Below, piece after piece: positions 17,885-25,116 of a DNA stretch of 29,988 bases (its first letter is position 1; each line of letters opens with the position of its first letter). The notes beneath the pieces were generated by a model that saw only the letters and a program-made list of their open reading frames with translations, made no database searches and was not told the DNA's origin. Source of the DNA: Gemmatimonadota bacterium (GTDB lineage Bacteria > Latescibacterota > UBA2968 > UBA8231); the NCBI GenBank assembly GCA_038153405.1, contig JAYOYH010000053.1, positions 1 through 29,988 on the forward strand, given 5' to 3'. Both the position numbers and the translations under genes were made by a program.

Positions 17885-19246
17885 TCAGCGCGTCCTTGGA
17901 CCGGCCGGCGGCTGGACCGGTGGCTCGGCCATGATACCCATCAGGCGGCGCACGTTTTGATCGAACCCCTCGACGCCCACACCCCTCTCTATCCCCTGGC
18001 GCAGGTATTCGTTTATGGGCTCGATATACTGCAGCGAGCGATCGATGCGCGGATTGCTGCCGCGCGCATAGGCGCCAATATTGATTAAATCTTCGGCTTC
18101 GGCATAGGCAGCCATGGAGGATTTGACGTCCATGGCCCGCTGCCAGTGGGCATCGCTCGTCACGTCTTTCATTACGCGGCTAACGCTCTCCATCACATCG
18201 ATGGGCGGATAGTGCCCGCGCGAGGCCAAGCGCCGCGACAGCACTAAGTGTCCGTCGAGGATGGCGCGCGAGGCATCGGCAATCGGCTCATCCATATCGT
18301 CGCCTTCGACCAACACGGTATAAAATCCGGTGATGCTGCCGCGGCTCGTCATGCCGGCTCGCTCCAACAGGCGCGGCAGCAGCGCAAATACCGACGGCGT
18401 ATATCCACGCGTCGTCGGCGGCTCGCCCGCCGCCAGACCGATCTCGCGCTGCGCCATGGCCACGCGCGTCAGCGAATCCATCATCAGGATCACGTCTTTG
18501 CCCTCGTCGCGGAAATACTCGGCAATAGCCGTTGCGACAAAGGCCGCCTTCAACCGCACGAGCGCCGGCTGGTCGGACGTCGCCACGACGACGACAGAGC
18601 GCTGCAATCCCTCTTGACCCAGACTGTCTTCTATAAAATCGAGCACTTCTTTGCCGCGCTCGCCCACCAAGGCGATGACGTTGACGTCGGCCGCCGAGTG
18701 GCGCGCAATCATGCCCATTAGCGTGCTCTTGCCGACGCCGCTCCCGGCAAATATGCCCATGCGCTGTCCCTTGCCACAGCTAACTAACCCATCCAGCGCG
18801 CGCACCCCCGTTCCCATCGCCTCGCGCACCCGTCGACGCTTCAGCGGATCGGGTGGATCGGCATGAACACTGCGCCGCTCTTCGGCGTGTATGACCCCGT
18901 CGCCGTCTATAGGATGGCCCAAGCCATCGAGCACGCGCCCGCGCAGGCCGTGGCCTACGGGCACGTAAAGCGCTGTCCGCGCGGGAAAAACACCCGTGCC
19001 CGGACGTATGCCCTCGATCTGGCCCAGCGGCATGAGCAGCACTTTGCGGCCGCGAAAGCCCACTACTTCGGCGCGCACGGGATCGCTCTCTGGGTCGCCT
19101 AAATAGCACAGTTCGCCCAGCGCCACATCGGGTGGTCCTATGGCTTCGACGACTAGGCCTACGATATCGCTGACCCGGCCGTAGTGCACCAGCGGATCGA
19201 CGCGCTCGATCGTTTCCAGCAGATTAGCGCTATTCACGGCCGGCAT
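17885..19246 (-). CDS. fliI: Flagellar export ATPase FliI
   Basis: Walker A AGSGVGKS, LVGERGKEV, Walker B LMMDSLTR, GEPPTTRGY, ILDGHLVLSR. Confidence 0.97.
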   Translation of the reverse strand: MPAVNSANLLETIERVDPLVHYGRVSDIVGLVVEAIGPPDVALGELCYLGDPESDPVRAEVVGFRGRKVLLMPLGQIEGIRPGTGVFPARTALYVPVGHGLRGRVLDGLGHPIDGDGVIHAEERRSVHADPPDPLKRRRVREAMGTGVRALDGLVSCGKGQRMGIFAGSGVGKSTLMGMIARHSAADVNVIALVGERGKEVLDFIEDSLGQEGLQRSVVVVATSDQPALVRLKAAFVATAIAEYFRDEGKDVILMMDSLTRVAMAQREIGLAAGEPPTTRGYTPSVFALLPRLLERAGMTSRGSITGFYTVLVEGDDMDEPIADASRAILDGHLVLSRRLASRGHYPPIDVMESVSRVMKDVTSDAHWQRAMDVKSSMAAYAEAEDLINIGAYARGSNPRIDRSLQYIEPINEYLRQGIERGVGVEGFDQNVRRLMGIMAEPPVQPPAGPRTR

Positions 19247-20051
19247 CTTCTACCTCTTTTTCCATCTGTGTATCCTCGTCGCGCTCTTCGTCTAGTATCG
19301 CTGCGCGCAGCGCTGCGCGCATGATCTTCAACTGCTCTTCGAGGCGTGCATCGACGTTTTCCTCGCGCCCCTCGACCATACAGCCCCCGCGCGCTACGTG
19401 CGCACTGGTCCGCACCTTCAAGACGGCATCGGCATCCACCTTAGCCACCCAGCGCTCGACGTAGCGCTGAGCAATGGCCAAATCGTCTGGATGTACTTTG
19501 ATCTCCAAATTGCTTTGCTCTGTCATATGAGCAAGAGCGCTGCGCACGACCTGCAAGAAGGCCTTGGGATTGGCCACGACTTGAATGCCGATAATGCGGC
19601 GCGCCAGCGCCACAGCCAAGTCTACCACGGCCACCTCTGACTCGACCAGTATTTGCGTGCGCTCATCGATTAGGGATTGATGCAGGCTTTCCAAGCGCCC
19701 GACGGCTTCTTTGACTTCGCCTTCGCACTGTGCGATGCCGGCCTGCACGCCCTCTTCATAGCGCTCGGCGTGCAGCGCTTCGCGTTCGGCGTCCCAGCTA
19801 GTTTGTGCTTCTTGAAAGCGCTTATCGCCTTCTCCGCGCACGTAGGATACCTCCTGCAGCATTTTACCTTCCCACTCTGCATCGAGCGCGGTTTTTATTT
19901 TTGCTGAACTCTTTTCAATCAGGGCGCCGATGCCCATCGCCTCGACGCTCTTTTCCTTTTCTTCGTTGCCACCCACGTAGAGATCGCGCGCGGCCTGTCC
20001 CACCGTCACAGCCGGACCGACAAAGCGCGCAGTGCGAATTACCTTAGACAA
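19230..20051 (-). CDS. fliH: Flagellar export ATPase regulator FliH
   Basis: YEEGVQAG repeat remnant, VVDLAVALARRII, IKVHPDD, GGCMVE...VDARLE; start probably TTG 20051 (AAGGGG RBS), alternative start 20090. Confidence 0.88.
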   Translation of the reverse strand: MSKVIRTARFVGPAVTVGQAARDLYVGGNEEKEKSVEAMGIGALIEKSSAKIKTALDAEWEGKMLQEVSYVRGEGDKRFQEAQTSWDAEREALHAERYEEGVQAGIAQCEGEVKEAVGRLESLHQSLIDERTQILVESEVAVVDLAVALARRIIGIQVVANPKAFLQVVRSALAHMTEQSNLEIKVHPDDLAIAQRYVERWVAKVDADAVLKVRTSAHVARGGCMVEGREENVDARLEEQLKIMRAALRAAILDEERDEDTQMEKEVEDAGRE

Positions 20052-20120
20052 AGTAGATTCCCCTTCTTGGATTTTGACATGCCACGCCAACTACAATGGG
20101 GAATATACTAAAGCAATCCA

Positions 20121-21638
20121 TTAGCTATCTTCATCCATGAGCATCGTTCGTATTAATTTGGCGGCATCTTCTGGCCGTTCGCGCACCATTTGCTGCACTC
20201 TGCCGAGAATAATTTCGTGCGGCGTTTCCGCCCGCTCGAACTCTTCCTCTGCTACATCGGTCGATACCTCGCCGAGCACCTCGAGTTCGTCCTCGACACC
20301 GACGCCTCGGCCGATGGCTTGGATTATAAAGCGCAGCGTAATGAGAGCGGCAATAATACCGAGAATCTTGGCTACGTTGATGGCGATATTGGTCCAGAAC
20401 TCCTGGCGCTCTTGGACCTGCTGCTCTTCGCGGGCGCGAAGTTCCTGCGTCTTGTCAAAAGCCATCGGATAGACGGTAACGACATCGCCGCGCTCCTGAT
20501 CCAAACCAATGGCGTCTTCGGCCAGCTCTGCCAACTTAGAGATTTCGTCGGTCGGGCGGTCCTCTTCTACGTAGTTTCCCTGAGGGTCGATAATAACCTT
20601 GGTCTTGTCGATGGTCAGCGCCATGGAGATGCGTTTAACCGACCCAACTGAACCGACGATATTTTGAATCGTTTCGTTTACTTCGTAGTTGCGAATGGCC
20701 TGCTCTTCGGTACCTTTTTCCGCCGAACTGGTCTCCTGCGTCTCCTCGCTGATGACAACCTGTGAGGCGCCGGGCTCAACGACCTTGCGCTGCGTTTGCG
20801 TCTGATCAAAATCGAGCACCACGTTAATGCGCACGCGCGAGCGGTCCTTACCGATAACCTGATCCATCAGCGTCTGCACTTTGTTCTGCAGCACGTGTTC
20901 CACCTGCTGCTGCATTTCAAACTGCTTGTTGGCCATCTTGACCAGTGGATCTTTTTCTTCTGATAGTAGGTTACCTGCTCCATCGAGGATGATGACGTTG
21001 GCCTGGTCCAACCCCTCGACGCTGGCACTGACCAGATAGCCGATGGCATTGATGCGTTCGCGCGACAGCTTGACATTGTTGTCGAGGGTCAAGGTAACCG
21101 ATGCCGTCACCGGATTTTGCTCATCGGTAAACAGGCTCGGTTCGGGAATGACCAGGTGTACGCGTGCCGTGCGCATGCCTTCAATATTGCTCAGCGTCTC
21201 TTCAATTTCGGCCTGCAGCGCGCGCTGAAAGTTGATCTTTTGCAGAAAGTCCGTCATCGCCAACTGCGCTTCGTCAAAGATTTCGTAGCCTATGCGACCG
21301 CTTTTGGGGTAGCCCTCCCCGGCCAACTGCACGCGCAGTTCCATATAGCGATCCTGCGGCACGAGAATCGCCGTGGCATCGCCGGTGAGTCGATGGGGCA
21401 CCTCTAAGCCGTGCAGGCGATTGCTGATTTCGGCTGCTTCGCCAAATTCCAAATTGGAATAGAGAATGCGCCCCTCCCACTCGTCACCGCTACCCGAGCT
21501 AAAAAAGAGCAGGAAGGCAAGCAATCCCACGACGGTGACAGCACCGCCAATCGCTCCGTACTTCTGCACGGGTGGCGCTTCGCTCCACCATACCTGGAGG
21601 CGTTCCGTTATACCCGATACCTGTGTCGGCAAATTCAT
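20121..21638 (-). CDS. fliF: Flagellar MS-ring protein FliF
   Basis: GYEIFD...MTDFLQKINFQRALQAEIEETL, ARVHLVIP, TASVTL, SASVEGL; two TM segments; C-terminal PEDAAKLIRTML. Confidence 0.95.
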   Translation of the reverse strand: MNLPTQVSGITERLQVWWSEAPPVQKYGAIGGAVTVVGLLAFLLFFSSGSGDEWEGRILYSNLEFGEAAEISNRLHGLEVPHRLTGDATAILVPQDRYMELRVQLAGEGYPKSGRIGYEIFDEAQLAMTDFLQKINFQRALQAEIEETLSNIEGMRTARVHLVIPEPSLFTDEQNPVTASVTLTLDNNVKLSRERINAIGYLVSASVEGLDQANVIILDGAGNLLSEEKDPLVKMANKQFEMQQQVEHVLQNKVQTLMDQVIGKDRSRVRINVVLDFDQTQTQRKVVEPGASQVVISEETQETSSAEKGTEEQAIRNYEVNETIQNIVGSVGSVKRISMALTIDKTKVIIDPQGNYVEEDRPTDEISKLAELAEDAIGLDQERGDVVTVYPMAFDKTQELRAREEQQVQERQEFWTNIAINVAKILGIIAALITLRFIIQAIGRGVGVEDELEVLGEVSTDVAEEEFERAETPHEIILGRVQQMVRERPEDAAKLIRTMLMDEDS

Positions 21639-21659
21639 CTGAGCATTCTCCGCAGGAAC

Positions 21660-21989
21660 TTATACCTGCATGCGTATGAGTTCCTGATAGCCCTCCAGAA
21701 CTCGGTTGCGTATCTCGAGCATTAGGTCGCGGGCGACCCCCGCTTCTTCTACGGCGACCATGACTTGGTGCACGTCGGCCGCTTGGCCGGTCACCAACAT
21801 ATCGATGGCATGTCCCGCCTGGAACTGCAAATCGTTGACGTCCTTGGCAAAGTCCTTTACCAAATCAGAAAAATCGGGCCGCTCGACGTCGCCGCTCAGG
21901 CGCATCTCGCTCTGCGCATTATTGATCTGCAGGCGCTGTGATCCCACCTCGCCGCGACCGCTAAAGTCGCGCACCATCGTCACGGCCAT
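21660..21989 (-). CDS. fliE: Flagellar hook-basal body protein FliE
   Basis: DVHQVMVAVEEA...MLEIRNRVLEGYQELIRMQV; start ATG 21989 with GAGGAG RBS. Confidence 0.94.
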   Translation of the reverse strand: MAVTMVRDFSGRGEVGSQRLQINNAQSEMRLSGDVERPDFSDLVKDFAKDVNDLQFQAGHAIDMLVTGQAADVHQVMVAVEEAGVARDLMLEIRNRVLEGYQELIRMQV

Positions 21990-21990
21990 C

Positions 21991-22602
21991 TTAGCGCTCC
22001 TCGGCCGCGTAGGCGCGGCGCAAGCGCATAACGCGCGGCACGTATTCCTGGGTCTCCAACGGCATGCGGCCCTGCTGCACGGCACCCGGGCCGGCATTAT
22101 AAGCCCATAGGGCAACTTCGACCGATTTGAATCGATCCATCAGACCGCGAAAGTAGCGCGTGCCCGAAGCGATATTTTCTTCTGGATCAAAGCGATTGAC
22201 TACGCCCAATTCTGCCGCGGTCTCCGGCATTAGTTGCATCAACCCGGCCGCGCCCTTGGGCGACAGCGCCTCGGGATTGCCACCGGATTCGGCATCGACT
22301 ATGGCCATGATCAGATGGGGATCGACCGAGTGCAGGCTACCGTATGCTCTAATGAGGTCGGAATAGGCGCGCACGCCGGTAGCCGGCTTGCGCGTCGGCG
22401 CGGGTGCAGCAGGTCGCTGTCGCGGTGCGGTATAGGCGCTGCGACCAATGATCTGGCGCTGCGCATCGCCGCCGTAGCTGCGCGATAGAATAGCGCTGGC
22501 CTTAGAGTCGGCCCACACGCACAGGGGAACAAGAGAGAGCAGGACATGAGCGGTCACCAGCCCACACAATATTCTTTTTGGCACGCTGCGCACGGTTCTC
22601 AT
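21991..22602 (-). CDS. Secreted lytic transglycosylase (SLT domain, GH23)
   Basis: Catalytic AES motif (IVDAESGGNP), SPKGAAGLMQLMP, DPEENI, AYNAG; N-terminal basic plus hydrophobic signal-peptide-like segment. Confidence 0.92.
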   Translation of the reverse strand: MRTVRSVPKRILCGLVTAHVLLSLVPLCVWADSKASAILSRSYGGDAQRQIIGRSAYTAPRQRPAAPAPTRKPATGVRAYSDLIRAYGSLHSVDPHLIMAIVDAESGGNPEALSPKGAAGLMQLMPETAAELGVVNRFDPEENIASGTRYFRGLMDRFKSVEVALWAYNAGPGAVQQGRMPLETQEYVPRVMRLRRAYAAEER

Positions 22603-22949
22603 CCCGTGATATCCAGCAGAGACCCGCTAGCCATGCGCTCGGCGCGCACTGCGCTTTGCCCACGCAGGTTGTAGACGCCACCAGGACGCGTTGGGGCGAT
22701 CTTCTCCTCGGCCGCCGACGGCAGACCAACGTCGAAAAAGGCCGCGCGCAGAGCTTGGGTCTCGTCGCTGCTAAGCACGCTCTGCATCTGACTGGTCGAG
22801 GCGACGGCGGGTACGTCGCGCACTGCGGTCGGCTGCGTCCTCTCCTCTACGCCGCGATCAGAAACAGTCAGATCAAAGGGCCGGCGAGCCGTCTCCGTCC
22901 GCCTAACCCCTATTTCCGCCCCTCTATGTGCTATCCTGTCTACGTTCAT
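22599..22949 (-). CDS. Hypothetical flagellar-operon protein (116 aa)
   Basis: Fills the gap between flgC and the SLT gene; GAGGG RBS; ATGA overlap with the SLT start; ends SGSLLDITG. Confidence 0.75.
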   Translation of the reverse strand: MNVDRIAHRGAEIGVRRTETARRPFDLTVSDRGVEERTQPTAVRDVPAVASTSQMQSVLSSDETQALRAAFFDVGLPSAAEEKIAPTRPGGVYNLRGQSAVRAERMASGSLLDITG

Positions 22950-22972
22950 TTCCGATCCCTCGGTTTATCACT

Positions 22973-23464
22973 TTAAATTTCTAACGAGCGATTGGCCATA
23001 TCCTTGGCCGCATTCATTACCGTGATATTTGCTTCGTATGCGCGCGATGCGGCGATCATATCGACCATTTCCGTTATGGTGTTGATATCCGGGTAGAGCA
23101 CCATGCCATCCTCGCGCGCGTCGGGGTGGTTGGGGTCGTATACCATGCGCGGCTTGACTGGTTCCTCGCGCACTTCTTGACTGAGCACGCCCGATCCCAA
23201 AAACATCTCGCCGGGGCGCGGTTCGCCTTCCGGACGATGTTTCAGGTCGGTGACCCGCAGGCGGTTTTCCGCCTTGTCGAGCATCGTGGAAAACTTGCTC
23301 ATCTTCGGCGCCTCGAGCATGACGACGCGGCGGCGCTTGTAGGGACCGCCCTCGTCGGTGCGCGTGGTATCGACGTTGGCCAAGTTGCTGGCAATGGCCG
23401 TCAACTTGCGGCGCTGGGCACTCAGGCCCGACGAACTAATATCTAACGCATCAAATATCTGCAT
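22973..23464 (-). CDS. flgC: Flagellar basal-body rod protein FlgC
   Basis: ISSSGLSAQR..IASNLANVDTT..GGPYKRR, YDPNHPDA, EMVDMIAASRAYEAN. Confidence 0.96.
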   Translation of the reverse strand: MQIFDALDISSSGLSAQRRKLTAIASNLANVDTTRTDEGGPYKRRRVVMLEAPKMSKFSTMLDKAENRLRVTDLKHRPEGEPRPGEMFLGSGVLSQEVREEPVKPRMVYDPNHPDAREDGMVLYPDINTITEMVDMIAASRAYEANITVMNAAKDMANRSLEI

Positions 23465-23485
23465 GATCTTCTTCCCCTACGCATC

Positions 23486-23899
23486 TCAGCCCGTGCGGCC
23501 GGAAATGCTCTTTTTTAACCCGTCGAACTGCCCGCGAATCAGGCGCTGTCCCGCGTTGAAAAACAGGTGATTTTCCGCTAGATCAGCCATTTCTCGGTCA
23601 ATATCGACATTGTTTAGACCGGAATCGTTGAGGCTGGATTCAGGTTCGTAGACAATGGGATGGGCCATGGGCTTGGGAATGGGAATGTGGCGGTCGTTGC
23701 TCACCTGCCCTTCTACGGCCGGCTTGCGCACAAACGACTCGAGGTATTCCTGAAACTGTACGTCCTGCTTGCGGTATCCCTTTGTCGAGACATTGGCAAT
23801 ATTGTTAGCAATAACGCGCTGGCGAAGCTGCGTAACATCGAGCACCGCATTGAGGACGGGAACTTTCGTTTTGTTGAAAATGACTTTATCTAAAAACAT
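23486..23899 (-). CDS. flgB: Flagellar basal-body rod protein FlgB
   Basis: LRQRVIANNIANVSTKGY..DVQF, NNVDIDREM; start moved to ATG 23899 (GGAG RBS) because the track start at 23944 lies within the sigma-54 promoter. Confidence 0.95.
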   Translation of the reverse strand: MFLDKVIFNKTKVPVLNAVLDVTQLRQRVIANNIANVSTKGYRKQDVQFQEYLESFVRKPAVEGQVSNDRHIPIPKPMAHPIVYEPESSLNDSGLNNVDIDREMADLAENHLFFNAGQRLIRGQFDGLKKSISGRTG

Positions 23900-23939
23900 G
23901 CCTATTACTCCGTTTCTATTTTGCGACTGCCCGCTCTTT

Positions 23940-23955
23940 AGCAATTAATATGCCA
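23940..23955 (-). promoter_or_regulatory. sigma-54 (RpoN) -24/-12 promoter for the flgB-fliN unit
   Basis: Minus strand TGGCATATTAATTGCT, GG-N10-GC, 40 nt upstream of the flgB ATG, with an AT-rich tract upstream; 13 of 16 nt identical to the fliO promoter. Confidence 0.82.
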
Positions 23956-24095
23956 TCCCCCGACGGGACCTGCTTTAAGATTATATTTTACAGACATTTA
24001 TATGATTTAAATACCCCGTTCAAGGGCCTGCATCTGCGAGCAAATGGGATCTCCGCGGAAATAAAGGCACGGGGGCGGGGAAAGAATTACCGCAC

Positions 24096-24132
24096 AAAAA
24101 GAGCCGGAGGGCGAATGCATTCCCTCCGGCTC
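24096..24132 (-). terminator. Rho-independent terminator of the glycosyltransferase operon
   Basis: Minus strand GAGCCGGAGGG-AATGCATTCG-CCCTCCGGCTC-TTTTT; 11-bp perfect stem about 40 nt after the GT2 stop. Confidence 0.85.
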
Positions 24133-24171
24133 AAAAATAATCTATATGTTTATATTTTTAATAATCTTACG

Positions 24172-25116
24172 TCATATTCGGTCGGCGATTCTGGGCCTTT
24201 TTCCTCCGCGTTGGTTCATACTGGCCATCATATCGCCCAGCAGACCGGTTGAGAAAAACTGGATGCCCACGATGACCATCAACACGCCCAAAAGCAGCAG
24301 CGGATGGCGATTTTGAATATTGCCAAACTCAAAGCGCAGGAGCGCCACATAGGCACATACCAGCGAACCGGCCAGCGTCGACAAGAGCCCCAAGGTGCCG
24401 AAAATATGCATCGGCGTGGTCATAAAGCGCACGACAAAGGTGATGGTCATCAGGTCGAGAAATCCGTTTAACAGGCGCTTAGTGCCAAATTTGGAATAGC
24501 CGAAGCGACGCGGATGGTGCAGGACGGCAATCTCCTCTACGCGGTAGCCGGCCCAGTGCGCTATGGCTGGCAAAAAGCGATACAACTCTCCGTAGAGATA
24601 GGGCAACGCGTCTTCGCAAACCTCGCGCCGGTAGGCCTTGAGGCCGCAGTTAAAATCGTGCAGGCGGATGCCGGCGACCATCGACGTCACCTTGTTAAAG
24701 AGGCGCGAGGGCAGCGTTTTGCTCAGCGGGTCGTGGCGCTTCTTCTTCCAACCCGAGACGAGGTCGCACCCTTCGTCGAGCTTTTCCAACAGGCGCGGAA
24801 TTTCCTCAGGGTCATCCTGCAAATCGGCGTCCATGGTGATGACGATCTGCCCGCGCGCCTCGCTAAAGCCCGTCGCCAAGGCGGCGGCCTTGCGGTAGTT
24901 GCGGCGAAAGCGCACAGCGCGAATTTGCGCATACTCTTGGCGCAGCTGGCGCATGACCGCAAACGAGTCGTCCGTGCTGCCGTCGTCGACGAAAATTACC
25001 TCGTAAGACGCACCCAGCGCGTCCAGCACGGCGTGGAGTTTTTCGCAGAGCGGCGGCAGGCTTTCCTCCTCGTTAAACACAGGTATGACTACCGATAGAA
25101 AGACCTCTTGCGTCAT
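24172..25116 (-). CDS. Glycosyltransferase family 2, polyprenol-phosphate type (DPM1/GtrB/ArnC-like)
   Basis: LSVVIPVFNEE, VDDGSTD, TMDADLQDDP, HDFNCGLKAYRR; two C-terminal TM helices. Confidence 0.93.
   Translation of the reverse strand: MTQEVFLSVVIPVFNEEESLPPLCEKLHAVLDALGASYEVIFVDDGSTDDSFAVMRQLRQEYAQIRAVRFRRNYRKAAALATGFSEARGQIVITMDADLQDDPEEIPRLLEKLDEGCDLVSGWKKKRHDPLSKTLPSRLFNKVTSMVAGIRLHDFNCGLKAYRREVCEDALPYLYGELYRFLPAIAHWAGYRVEEIAVLHHPRRFGYSKFGTKRLLNGFLDLMTITFVVRFMTTPMHIFGTLGLLSTLAGSLVCAYVALLRFEFGNIQNRHPLLLLGVLMVIVGIQFFSTGLLGDMMASMNQRGGKRPRIADRI

Noticed and set aside
20052..20120. Internal promoter or fliG remnant between fliF and fliH (TTGCTT-N17-TAGTTG; TGGCATG)
   Set aside because: Poor -10 match, TGGCA lacks a correctly spaced GC, and no FliG-like residues were recognised in this short spacer.
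3333..21638. Interpretation as a non-flagellar type III secretion system because fliG is missing
   Set aside because: Rod, hook, hook-cap, stator, FliM/FliL, FlhF/G and FliA genes are all present and flagellar in type.
21725..21740. Arg at a usually hydrophobic FliE position (GVARDLML)
   Set aside because: Single-residue difference; cannot be distinguished from natural variation or a base-call error.
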